In this document: positions 18,089 through 27,387 of the stretch, piece after piece
Numbering within the stretch: the stretch's first letter is position 1
How the letters are laid out: each line of letters opens with the position of its first letter
Assembly (NCBI GenBank): GCA_964631205.1
Contig: CAZVWU010000002.1
Span: forward strand, 69,031-133,030
DNA length: 64,000 nt
From: an uncultured archaeon
GTDB taxonomy: Archaea; Aenigmatarchaeota; Aenigmatarchaeia; QMZP01; JACQNV01
Reading direction: 5' to 3'
Program-made: the position numbers and the translations under genes
Notes under the pieces: model-generated
The model's database searches: none
Seen by the model: the letters and a program-made list of their open reading frames with translations, nothing else
Told to the model about the DNA's origin: nothing

Positions 18089-20734
18089 ATGATTGAATTC
18101 CAAATCCTGGATGTGGATTATGTGCTGGTTGACGAGAAACCAGTAATCAGGATATTCGGGAAGACAGAGGACGGGAAGACTGTTTGCGGGTTTTATGACA
18201 AATTTTCGCCGTATTTTTATGTGGAGGACAAGAAGGCTATAGAGGCTTTAAAGGGGGATCCTAATATATTGCAGATTTTGGATACAGACAGAAAACTTAT
18301 AGGGTCTGCCGAACAGGTTTACAAAGTCATAACAAAAAACCCTGCGAAAACGCCTGATGTAAGGGAGCGGTTAAGGTCGCTGGGTTTTACAAGTTATGAA
18401 GCTGATATATTGTTCAGGTATAGGTTTTTGAATGATGTAGGGCTTGGAGGGCTTTGTTGGATCAAGGCGCAGGAAGCTGATGTTAACACTTCGACTGTCA
18501 GGACAGAACGGGCTGTCAGGCTTGAAAATCTGGAAAGGGTTGATAAATTGGCTGATGCGCCGTTGAGGATTGTTGCATTTGACATTGAGTGCGTATCTGA
18601 GCTCACGCCATTGCCCGATGCAAAAAGGGATCCTGTAATAATGATCTCTTTCGCGTTCAGCCATCCGTACAAAGGCCAGAATGACCTTGTCCTGAGCTGG
18701 AGGTCTGGGGCAAACCTGAAGGCTCTCGAGACAGAAAAGGAGATGCTGGAAGAGTTTGTAAAAATAATAAATGAGTATGATCCTGACATAATAACAGGGT
18801 ATAATGTGAACAACTTCGACTTCCCTTATATTTTGGAAAGGATGAGGCAGTTTGGGGTAAAACCGACATTCAGCAGATGCGGGACAAAGCAGGTTTATGA
18901 CAAAAAGGTTGGCATCAATTCGAGGACATCAATTGCAGGCAGGATTGTTGTTGACAGCTTCGCTATCATCAAAAAAGATTTTTCTCTGACAAGGTATGGG
19001 CTGGATTTTGTCGGGGAGAAACTGCTTGGGGAGAAAAAAGTTGACATCAAGAAATCGGAAATAGGGAAGATGTGGAAAGGCACGAAAGAGCAGTTTGACA
19101 AGCTGGTTTATTATTCCAGGATAGACTCTGTCCTTGCTTTAAACCTTGTCCAGAAGCTAAAGCTCATGAACAAATATTCTGCGCTTTCGAAGGAGGCAGG
19201 GACCCTTTTGCAGGACAGCTTGGACAGCGGTGAGACCACAAGGATTGAGAATTTTTTGCTCAGGGAGTTTAATAAAGGCGGGTATATTTTTCCAAACAAG
19301 CCAGTTGACGGGGAGGTTGGAGCAAGGGAGGCTAAAAGCAAGGTTGAGCTGAAGGGAGGGTTTGTATTGGAGCCGGAAAAGGGTTTGCATTCAAATATTG
19401 TTGTTTTAGATTTCAAGAGCATGTATCCATCTATTATTATTTCTTTCAATATGTGCCCGACAACTTTGGTGAGGGATGCCAGAAATATTGATAAGGAAAA
19501 GGTTTTTGAGACGCCCGCAAAGGCGTATTTTTACAAGCCTGAAATTAGGCAAGGGATTATACCCAAGATACTTGTCCAGTTGATGGAGAGAAGGGATAAG
19601 GCTAAAAAGAAATACAAGAATGCGGCAAACGAGATGGAGAAAAATATATTGTACGCAGAGCAGTGGGCGCTGAAGATTCTAGCAAATTCTTTTTACGGGT
19701 ATTTTGGGTATGCAAGGGCAAGGATGTATGATCTTGCTATTGCAAATTCTGTGACGTCTTTTGGACGCGAAATAATCCATACGACTAAAGACAGCATTGA
19801 AAAAATGGGTTATAAGGTTGTCTATGGTGACACTGACTCCGTGATGGTTGAGATAAGGGAGGAAGACCTGGAAAAGGCGAAAAAAATTGCAACAGAAGTT
19901 TCTGCCAGAATTACAGATGAGCTGCCAGGCATAATAGAGCTTCAGTTTGAAAAAGTTTTCAAAAGGTTCCTGCCGCTTTCAAAAAAAAGGTATGTGGCTT
20001 GGAAATTTGAGCCGGCTGGAACAGGGTGGGAGGAGAAGATTGAGATGAAGGGTGTTGAGACTGTTCGGCGCGACTGGTGCCCGCTTGTTGGCGAGACAAT
20101 GAAGGATGTAATTGATGTTGTATTGAAGGAGAACGATCCGAAAAAAGCGCTGACTTATTTCAAAGGCGTTATTGAGCAGGTTGTCCAGAATAAGGTGGAT
20201 CTGAACAAGTTGGTGATTACAAAAAGCATCACGAGGAAGCTTACAAGCTATGCTGGGGTGCAGCCGCATGTTGAATTGGCGAAGAAGATTGAGAAAAGGG
20301 GCCAGGCTGCTGGGATAGGCGATAGGATCGGGTATGTGATTATAAAAGGGAATGACATTTTATCGAAAAGGACAGAGGACCCAGTTTATGTGGCTGAAAA
20401 TGGGCTGGAGATAGACCCAAAATATTATATTGAAAACCAGCTTTTGCCGCCTATTGAAAGGATTTTTTTTGCGCTGGGCATAACCAAGTCAGAGCTTATG
20501 GGGGGCGGAAAGCAGGTGGGGCTGTTTGATGTTTTCAAGAAGATGGCTGCATCAAGCGGGCAGGATGGGAAGAAACAGCTAACAGAACTTCACGCAAGCC
20601 TTTTCACAGGGTTCATATGCAAGTCGTGCAGCAAAAAGTTTGACAGGCCTCCGTTGGCCGGCTATTGCGAGTGCGGCGGGCATTTGCTGTTTAATTCTGA
20701 TCACGGGACTGCTGAACAGCTTGTGATGAGTTGA
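18089..20734 (+). CDS. polB: family B DNA polymerase with C-terminal Cys4 extension
   Basis: Exo motifs FDIE and YNVNNFDFPY; pol motifs DFKSMYPSII, KILANSFYGY and YGDTDS. C-terminal CKSC-x14-CEC. Confidence 0.95.
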   Translation: MIEFQILDVDYVLVDEKPVIRIFGKTEDGKTVCGFYDKFSPYFYVEDKKAIEALKGDPNILQILDTDRKLIGSAEQVYKVITKNPAKTPDVRERLRSLGFTSYEADILFRYRFLNDVGLGGLCWIKAQEADVNTSTVRTERAVRLENLERVDKLADAPLRIVAFDIECVSELTPLPDAKRDPVIMISFAFSHPYKGQNDLVLSWRSGANLKALETEKEMLEEFVKIINEYDPDIITGYNVNNFDFPYILERMRQFGVKPTFSRCGTKQVYDKKVGINSRTSIAGRIVVDSFAIIKKDFSLTRYGLDFVGEKLLGEKKVDIKKSEIGKMWKGTKEQFDKLVYYSRIDSVLALNLVQKLKLMNKYSALSKEAGTLLQDSLDSGETTRIENFLLREFNKGGYIFPNKPVDGEVGAREAKSKVELKGGFVLEPEKGLHSNIVVLDFKSMYPSIIISFNMCPTTLVRDARNIDKEKVFETPAKAYFYKPEIRQGIIPKILVQLMERRDKAKKKYKNAANEMEKNILYAEQWALKILANSFYGYFGYARARMYDLAIANSVTSFGREIIHTTKDSIEKMGYKVVYGDTDSVMVEIREEDLEKAKKIATEVSARITDELPGIIELQFEKVFKRFLPLSKKRYVAWKFEPAGTGWEEKIEMKGVETVRRDWCPLVGETMKDVIDVVLKENDPKKALTYFKGVIEQVVQNKVDLNKLVITKSITRKLTSYAGVQPHVELAKKIEKRGQAAGIGDRIGYVIIKGNDILSKRTEDPVYVAENGLEIDPKYYIENQLLPPIERIFFALGITKSELMGGGKQVGLFDVFKKMAASSGQDGKKQLTELHASLFTGFICKSCSKKFDRPPLAGYCECGGHLLFNSDHGTAEQLVMS

Positions 20735-20774
20735 TTTGTTTTTTTTGGACATTTCTCAGTTCTTTTAGGTATCT

Positions 20775-20830
20775 GTTTATTTCCTTTGCTGATATCTCGG
20801 CTTCGAACTTTTCCTGAAGAAGGGCTGCCA
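20775..20830 (+). repeat. weak, partial copy (D) of the multi-hairpin repeat family
   Basis: ATTTCCTTTGCTGATATCTCGG then CTTC..GAAG resembles copy B (ATTTCCTTCGCTATTGCTCGG ... CTTC..GAAG). Lies between the convergent polB and 20852..21352 genes. Confidence 0.25.
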
Positions 20831-20851
20831 ATTACTGGTTGCGTTTATTAT

Positions 20852-21352
20852 CTACAGACGCCGTCTAGCACTGGGTGTTCTGGTTGCTGTTGGTGTTGGG
20901 CTTGGTTGTGTTGTTTGTGAGAAGGGACTGATTGTTATTGGCAATAGTGGACCTTGAGGGGAAAAGCTAACATAAGCTTGTACAAATAATTTAGATACAT
21001 CGTTAGCTTCTATTGTGAAGTGGCCATCAAAACTGCTAGTTCCAAGAGGCCCGCCTCCGGCTGAGCCGGTGGCCAATCGCCATTGTGCGTTTGGGTTAAT
21101 TATGTTGCTGGTTGAAGCATCAAAAGTGCCGTCTCTTCTCCAGAGTTTCAGTGTAACGTTCTGCTCTACAGAGCCTTTGTTGAGAATGGAGATAAACGAG
21201 GGTCCGGTTGAGGGCCCACTAGCCAAATAATGCCCTACTAAAATGTTGGTAGATCTACTGGAGTGAGAAGCATATCCTGTATAGCCTATACCTGCCATAA
21301 GAAGGAGTATTGACGCTAGTATAATAATCGGAATAAGGTTTTTGTATTGCAT
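20852..21352 (-). CDS. membrane-anchored/secreted protein with Pro/Thr-rich C-terminus
   Basis: N-terminal hydrophobic segment, C-terminal TTQPSPTPTATRTPS. No family recognised. Confidence 0.5.
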   Translation of the reverse strand: MQYKNLIPIIILASILLLMAGIGYTGYASHSSRSTNILVGHYLASGPSTGPSFISILNKGSVEQNVTLKLWRRDGTFDASTSNIINPNAQWRLATGSAGGGPLGTSSFDGHFTIEANDVSKLFVQAYVSFSPQGPLLPITISPFSQTTQPSPTPTATRTPSARRRL

Positions 21353-21413
21353 TAATTGTCCTACTTTGAGAAGCTCTGATTAATGATTGGGCTTCCTGGA
21401 ATTTATACTTAAT

Positions 21414-21693
21414 TATAACACTGTTATATTAATACCCCTTCACTTCGTCTGGAGAAATCATTTCTTTCTATTAAAATCGCTATACATAGGCGTGTTTTTG
21501 ATTAAAATTTTTCTTAAAAAGTTTACTTCATGTGAAATAGGCTTGCTTGGTTTAAAGTTCACATAGAAAGCCTTATAGAGGCTCTGTATAGCGGTTTTTC
21601 AATGTTCCACAGGAAATCATGGGGTGAAGTTCATTTCTTGAAGGGGAAGGTTCATGTGTATAGGCTAATCCTACATATATAACAATGTTATAT
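21414..21693. other. origin-like non-coding locus: two palindromes and inverted ORB-like elements flanking an AT-rich core
   Basis: Palindromes at 21414-21428 and 21678-21692. Minus-strand CTCCAGACGAAGTGAAGGGG at 21435-21454 and plus-strand TTCCACAGGAAATCATGGGGTG at 21605-21626. Nested inverted repeats at 21435-21442/21639-21646 and 21478-21486/21585-21593. The surrounding 416-nt gap has no convincing ORF. Confidence 0.4.
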
Positions 21694-21768
21694 TAGGTAA
21701 TGAAACTTAAATGCCCAATTCCAATAATTAATTATATGGATGTTAAGAAATTCTGCGAGGTGAGGCGA

Positions 21769-22440
21769 CTAGTATGTTGAAAGCATTCGAGGTTGCTGTT
21801 TCTCTAATAACATCTCTGGGTATGTCTTCATTATTAGGTCTGGTTCGCCTAATCCGAGCCTTTCCGTAAAGTCAAAAATAATTTTTTCAGCAGCTTTTCT
21901 TTCAAGCGTCCTTTGCTTTTTTTTCATTGAATTTGAGCCTACAACTTCCACTTCAAATTCAGTGAATTTGCCTAGTTCGTGAATGTCATCGATGCATATG
22001 TGAAGTTCGCCTACTTTTGGCGGCTTTTCATAAACTAGTTTCTCATTTACGACCCACAAATCGCTTCTTCTGCCAACCACTTCAACTACCGGCTGCATAA
22101 TGGAACGTCTGCTATCATACTCTTCTTGGTCTATCGGCCTCTGCAATTCAAATGCGTGGTTTCCATCGTCTCCATTATTGTTTACATATATTTTAATCGA
22201 CTCATAATGCCTCGGCTTTGTTGGCCTGCCTTGGCTGTCATATCCTTGGACCAGCCTTAGTCTCCTGCAGTCGCCGCCTGTTTCTTGATGAAAATAGAAA
22301 TAGGTATCTTTTCTGTCTGTCACCGGCAGTTTTATTGGTTTTTCGCCGAGAGCATTTGCGATTGCTGTGTATAAATTGCCTTTAGCCCTCCACTCAACTT
22401 CCAGCCCAGACTCGCTAAAACAGGCTTCTAAATCAACCAT
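21769..22440 (-). CDS. CYTH-domain protein (class IV adenylyl cyclase / triphosphatase fold), tentative
   Basis: N-terminal LEVEWRAK (ExExK-like), DTYFYF...RRLRLV, and C-terminal ELGKFTEFEVEV followed by a helix. Start moved to the ATG at 22440. Confidence 0.5.
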   Translation of the reverse strand: MVDLEACFSESGLEVEWRAKGNLYTAIANALGEKPIKLPVTDRKDTYFYFHQETGGDCRRLRLVQGYDSQGRPTKPRHYESIKIYVNNNGDDGNHAFELQRPIDQEEYDSRRSIMQPVVEVVGRRSDLWVVNEKLVYEKPPKVGELHICIDDIHELGKFTEFEVEVVGSNSMKKKQRTLERKAAEKIIFDFTERLGLGEPDLIMKTYPEMLLEKQQPRMLSTY

Positions 22441-22547
22441 AAAAAATATACTTGGAATGGTTTTAAATACTGCTGAAACGCCCTTCGACAATGATGCATA
22501 AACCCAGGTTTATGCTTTTAAAGACAGTTCAATATCCATACATAATT

Positions 22548-23354
22548 ATGCCAAGGATTGTTGTTTTGAAGATAGGCGGTTCTGTAATAACAAAAAAGGA
22601 TGAAAACTTGCTGGAGGCCAAAACAGATGTGATAAGGGGGGTAGCCAGAGCAATTAAAAAAGCAATGGAGGAAAGGGAATTTAAATTGGTTTTAGTCCAT
22701 GGCGCTGGCCCATTCGGGCATAAATTAGTTCAGGGATATGGGATAAATGACGGCTTGAAAACAAAAAAAGATGTAGAAGGCTTTGTAAAGACTTGCAGCG
22801 CAATTTCAGACCTTAACAAAATAGTTGTTGGTTGTTTTCTGTCAGAGGGGCTTTTAGCTATCGGGCTCCAGCCGACAGGTTTTGTTGTGCAGAAAAACAA
22901 AAAAATAGAAAAGTTTGGTTGTGAAATAATTGAGGCTTTGCTGGGATTGGAAGAAAATATAATTCCTGTTCTTTGTGGCGACATGGTTATTGATAAAAAA
23001 TTGAAAGCCAGCGTGCTTTCGGGGGATGCAATTGTCCCGTATCTTGCAAGCAAGATTGGGGCATCCCAAGTTTTGATGGGCACTGATGTGGACGGGATTT
23101 TTACTGCTGACCCAAAAAAGGATGCGGAAGCTAACTTTATAAAAGACGTCAATCTAGGGAATCTGGCCGAAGTCTTAAATAATTCAGAAGGCGCCAGCAC
23201 AGTTGATGTTACAGGCGGGATGAAAGGGAAGGTTATGGAAATAAAAGAAAATTTAAGCGGGATAGAGACAATTGTCTTTAACCTAAATATAGAAGGCAAT
23301 TTATATAAAATTCTTACAGGAAAAGAGGCCAAGAAAACAACAATAAATCTATAA
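22548..23354 (+). CDS. isopentenyl phosphate kinase (amino-acid kinase fold)
   Basis: VVLKIGGSVITKKD and VHGAGPFGH motifs, ~268 aa. Start moved to the ATG at 22548. Confidence 0.8.
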   Translation: MPRIVVLKIGGSVITKKDENLLEAKTDVIRGVARAIKKAMEEREFKLVLVHGAGPFGHKLVQGYGINDGLKTKKDVEGFVKTCSAISDLNKIVVGCFLSEGLLAIGLQPTGFVVQKNKKIEKFGCEIIEALLGLEENIIPVLCGDMVIDKKLKASVLSGDAIVPYLASKIGASQVLMGTDVDGIFTADPKKDAEANFIKDVNLGNLAEVLNNSEGASTVDVTGGMKGKVMEIKENLSGIETIVFNLNIEGNLYKILTGKEAKKTTINL

Positions 23355-24570
23355 ACCTGTTGCCAAACTAAAAGCAGGCGCTAAACGAGCAAAATAAAGG
23401 ATTGTTGGAAGAAGGAAAAAGCCCATCATATTGCTTCTCCTGATTTTCAGTGAATTTGCTAATATCCCGATAAAGACGCCGGTTGCGAGGATTAATAATC
23501 CAATAAAACCGCTAAACATGAACGCTAATGCCACCAACAAAACCAAAACCGAGATGTTGATTTTTTGGTAGTTGATGTTCTGGATTTTTCTTATGATGAG
23601 CCTGCCTGCCTTCAAAGTGACTATAGCGGCTATAAACGTTGCGACTAGGCCAACGCCCATTATCAGCATAAGGTCATAAAGTGTAGGTGTGGCAAGGATT
23701 TGTGAAATTGCTGCTGCAGCTCCACTTCTTGTTTTCTCAAGTGTGAAGAATGCGATGAATGTGAAGAATATGTTGGATACATTTATCCCGCCGAGAGCTG
23801 TGAGGAACTCCTTCGCTTTTGCCTTGAAAGTATTGGAGGCTATCACGCCTGCCTGTGAAGATCCTATACCAGGAAGTATGCCTACCAGAAGGCCTGCAAA
23901 CCAGCCAATGAATATGCCCTTGTAGCTTACATCAACTTCACGCGCCTCTGACTGTTTGGGAATTTCTATGCCCCCCCCCCCAGCTTAGGAGGATGCCGCT
24001 TAACCCAAACATACCTGTCAGGGCTGGGAAAATTGAGGTTGATGGAAAGCTTCCAAGCGAGATTGCCCCGAAAATTCCGGACAGCAGAAAAATCAGCGCT
24101 GCATAAAACATGCCTTTTCCTTTTTCTGAAATTATCATCCACAAGGCTACAAAAATCAAAAGGTAATGGATATAGGCGCTTAAATTATTGTAAAGGATTG
24201 GAAGGATCTGGAAAAGTAAAGGAAATGTTAGGATCGTGAGCAGCGCTGCTCCTACCCCGCCAATTGTCGTCAAGAAAAGGGCTTCATATGCCTTGCCCTC
24301 AAGCATCATTTTGTGGCCAGGCAAAACAGAAAGTTCTGTCCCTGCTTCAGGCGCACCGAACAAAATTGACTGGATGAATTCTGTAAAGATGTTCGTGATA
24401 GATAAAGAGACTATGAACGCAATAATCGAATATACTGGAAACCCTGACAGAAGTATTGGTGAAGACAAAATAATTGCAAGGATTGTGTTGGGGTGGATGC
24501 CGGGGATAAGGCCTGTCGCTGTGCCGACAACAACTCCTAAGAATATAAATAAAATTAGTTCGAAGAACAT
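23349..24570 (-). pseudogene. TctA/DUF112-family membrane transporter split by a +1 frameshift in a G11 tract
   Basis: ORFs 23938..24570 and 23349..23846 are collinear halves. Reading G10 instead of G11 gives ...LSWGGGIEIPKQSEAREVDVSYKGIFIGWFAGLLVGILPGIGSSQAGV... Total length is 3n+1. Confidence 0.65.
23971..23981 (-). repeat. G11 (C11 on plus strand) homopolymer at the TctA-like frameshift site
   Basis: Read directly as tctatgCCCCCCCCCCCagc. Confidence 0.95.
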
Positions 24571-24602
24571 TCAGTTACTGTATTGGGAAAATAAATAATA
24601 AA

Positions 24603-25688
24603 TCACTTAAATTTTTTCCTGACCTCTTCCATTATGGACTGGTAGCCTTTGCTGTATTCAAGCTCTTCTGGAATTAAGGTTGCTGGATGGACAAACCCCT
24701 GCTCACGCATAAATTCCGCTTTCTTCACGGCCTTCTGCCTGAAATAATCCCAGTCAGGCGTTTCGAACCCGTCTGTGAAGGCTGTGAACTTGCCTTCATG
24801 CACGCTGAAGAGCATTGCGCTTACAATTGGGATGCAGTAATTTACTGTTGCTTGGGTGTTCCTTTTTACAGGCATCAATGGCATGTGGTGGCTTCCGCGT
24901 GTGTCGCCAGCCACATAGTGGGCTGTCTTGAATACAGAGCATGCCTCTTCTGTTGCAGGGAAGTTTTTCTGGACCCTTATGATTGCGGCAGGGTCGTCTT
25001 TGCCTACATATGTTCCAGCAATATTGTGGAGCCTGTCTGTTGTTGCAACCAGTATTGGCTCGCCGTCTTTTGTCCAGACAGAATCAACAACATATCTGCC
25101 GGGGTACATTAAAATTGCAGCGATTTTAAAAATGTCTTCTGGCGTATGAAGCTCAGCTTTCTTATCCTCCATTACATCCATTACAACAAATTTCACGCCT
25201 TTTGTCAGATTAGGATTAACTATTAGCCCGGTATTTGCACTCGGCTCGCAAAACAACCTGTAAAACGGATAATTAAATGCCCCGGGCTCGGTTTTGTCTG
25301 CTGTAAGCAAAACAAAAGCTTCGTTTGGACGCTCCTCAAATTCCATTTCTGCAACACCGGGACCAAGACCTTTGACATTGCCTGAGAAAGAATCTTTCAA
25401 TAAATCCTGCCCTGCCCCATAAAGGCCTTGGGATTTCGCGACTTCTGTGCCTGCCTTGAAAGCGTCCCATGCAAGCTTGTGGATTTCCGGGTTTCCAACA
25501 CCCTTTTTGTGCGCCATTAAAATATGGATGTCATCGCCTGTATAACCGAGATAAGCATCGATAAGGAGCGTGCCGCCGTTTTTCCCTATGTGCTCCTTTA
25601 CTGAATTAAATAATTCCTCGCTTGGCTTGGTGTGGCCGCCTATTGACCCGACATCCGCTTTTATTGCGCTCAGTGTTATTTTTGGCAT
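24603..25688 (-). CDS. fbp: bifunctional fructose-1,6-bisphosphate aldolase/phosphatase (class V FBPase)
   Basis: MPKITLSAIKADVGSIGGHTKPS N-terminus and overall ~360 aa, characteristic of the archaeal FBPA/P. Confidence 0.9.
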   Translation of the reverse strand: MPKITLSAIKADVGSIGGHTKPSEELFNSVKEHIGKNGGTLLIDAYLGYTGDDIHILMAHKKGVGNPEIHKLAWDAFKAGTEVAKSQGLYGAGQDLLKDSFSGNVKGLGPGVAEMEFEERPNEAFVLLTADKTEPGAFNYPFYRLFCEPSANTGLIVNPNLTKGVKFVVMDVMEDKKAELHTPEDIFKIAAILMYPGRYVVDSVWTKDGEPILVATTDRLHNIAGTYVGKDDPAAIIRVQKNFPATEEACSVFKTAHYVAGDTRGSHHMPLMPVKRNTQATVNYCIPIVSAMLFSVHEGKFTAFTDGFETPDWDYFRQKAVKKAEFMREQGFVHPATLIPEELEYSKGYQSIMEEVRKKFK

Positions 25689-25746
25689 AAATAAATTGGA
25701 TGAAATTGATTTTCAAGCTTTAAATGTTTATACCTAATAGTCTGGT

Positions 25747-26597
25747 ATGAAAAAACACAAAAAGCAAAAGAAATTATTGCCTGCCATAATTTTGGTTTTG
25801 GTAGCATACAGTATTGCAGTAAGCTCTGTTTATACCATCACAAAAAACGAGCAGAAGCTGCCTGTTTACTGGGAAATTTCAGGGGTTATGTTGTCCCTAG
25901 CATACATGCTTCAAAAATTTCTTATCAAGTTGATATAGACAGGTTGGTTAGAGATGTTGATGTAGTGGCTCTGGAGGTAGATTTAAATGAAGTGTTGAAC
26001 AAAGCGGAAGGGTTGAACCTGACAGGCGAAAATTTGGAGAGGTCACTTTCTCTTGAAGCAATTAAATATTACAGGGATTTTTTTGGCGAAGCCGAGTGGG
26101 AGGTCATAAAAACGCTCAAGGCTGGAGTTGTAAGCAGTATCGTTGATTCGAGGCTTGCTGAGGAGCATGGACTCATAAACAAGATGGATGAGTTTGCATT
26201 TGGGCGGGCATTAACTTTGGATAAAAAAATTATTGGATTGGAAAATGCGAGTCTGCAGATTGATTTTTTGTTGGATAGTCCAGAGGATTCTATAAGGTCG
26301 CTGGAAGAGATTGCAGGAAACGAGACAGAGTACAGGAAATCGTTGGACGCCATCGAGACCATATACAAGAAAGGCGATCTGGAACTTATGAGGGCTTTAT
26401 ACAGATTGACTGCAAACCAGTCAATTGAAGCCCAGTATTCAATTAATGTAAGGGATCCAATTTTGCAGAACAGGAGCAAAGAGGTTCTCGAAAAAGAAAA
26501 AACTTTAATAATGGTCGGTTTCGGGCATGTACCCGGGATTATAGATGAATTGAAAAAAGAATTTCAAGTGAAAGAAATTAATTCTGTCAGGAAATAG
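25747..26597 (+). pseudogene. TraB/GumN-family protein with N-terminal TM, interrupted by a -1 frameshift at a G4 run (25882-25885)
   Basis: ORF 25747..25938 ends ...PVYWEISG. The frame of 25944..26597 upstream reads GYVVPSIHASKISYQVDIDRLVRDVDVVALEVD (GSxH-type TraB/GumN core). C-terminal MVGFGHVPG. Length is 3n-1. Confidence 0.6.
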
Positions 26598-26637
26598 TTT
26601 GGCAAAAGTATTTAACTGTGGAAGGGGAATTTGTGTT

Positions 26638-27309
26638 ATGGATCCTATTATCCTGGTGAATTTTAAGGCCTATAAAGAATCGCTCAATTCAAACGGCTTG
26701 AGGCTGGCCGAAATTTGTGAAGATGTTGCAATAGAGCATGGAGCCAACATCGGAGTTGCTCCTCAACCAATTGATCTGAGGGAAATCACAGCTGGAATCG
26801 ATTTGCCTGTTTTTGCGCAGCATATAGATCCACTGGACGGGGCCGGAGCCTTTACAGGACATATTGTTGCTGAGAATCTAAAAAGTTTTGGCGTGGATGG
26901 GAGCCTTATCAACCATTCTGAAAGAAAAATGAAACTTGATGACATCAAAAAGGCTGTTGAGATATTGAAAAAACAGGGGATGGTTTCTGTTTGCTGCGCA
27001 GCCACGCCAGAAGAGGCCGACCAGGTTGCAAAATTCGGGCCTGATTATATTGCAATTGAGCCTCCTGAGCTTATAGGCAGCGGCGTTTCTGTCTCAACGA
27101 GCAGGCCGGAGGTTGTGACAAGATCTGTTGAGATTGTAAAGCAGGTTAATCCTCATATTAAAGTTTTGTGCGGTGCAGGGATAACAACCGGGGAGGACGT
27201 CAAAAAAGCTATTGAATTGGGGGCACGTGGGATCTTGGTGGCTTCTGGTGTAGTCAAGTCGGCAGATCCCAAAAAAGTTTTGGTGGAGTTTGTGAAAAAT
27301 TTGAAATAA
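26638..27309 (+). CDS. tpiA: triosephosphate isomerase (short archaeal type)
   Basis: ILVNFKAY, INHSERK, IAIEPPELIG and GAGI motifs. Start moved to the ATG at 26638. Confidence 0.9.
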   Translation: MDPIILVNFKAYKESLNSNGLRLAEICEDVAIEHGANIGVAPQPIDLREITAGIDLPVFAQHIDPLDGAGAFTGHIVAENLKSFGVDGSLINHSERKMKLDDIKKAVEILKKQGMVSVCCAATPEEADQVAKFGPDYIAIEPPELIGSGVSVSTSRPEVVTRSVEIVKQVNPHIKVLCGAGITTGEDVKKAIELGARGILVASGVVKSADPKKVLVEFVKNLK

Positions 27310-27358
27310 TCTGTAATCTCTTTTTCGTGTTTTGTACCTTTTCTTTCGGGTTATAAGG

Positions 27359-27381
27359 CCTTTCTTTTTGGAAAAGAAAGG
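27359..27381. terminator. perfect 10-bp hairpin between convergent genes
   Basis: CCTTTCTTTT-tgg-AAAAGAAAGG between the tpiA (+) and HTH regulator (-) 3' ends. Confidence 0.4.
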
Positions 27382-27387
27382 GGTATA

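Noticed and set aside
22730-23332. 200-aa ORF on the minus strand
   Set aside because: It is entirely antisense to the isopentenyl phosphate kinase gene, whose plus-strand product has clear family motifs. The antisense product is low-complexity (S/F/P/I-rich), so this is a shadow ORF.
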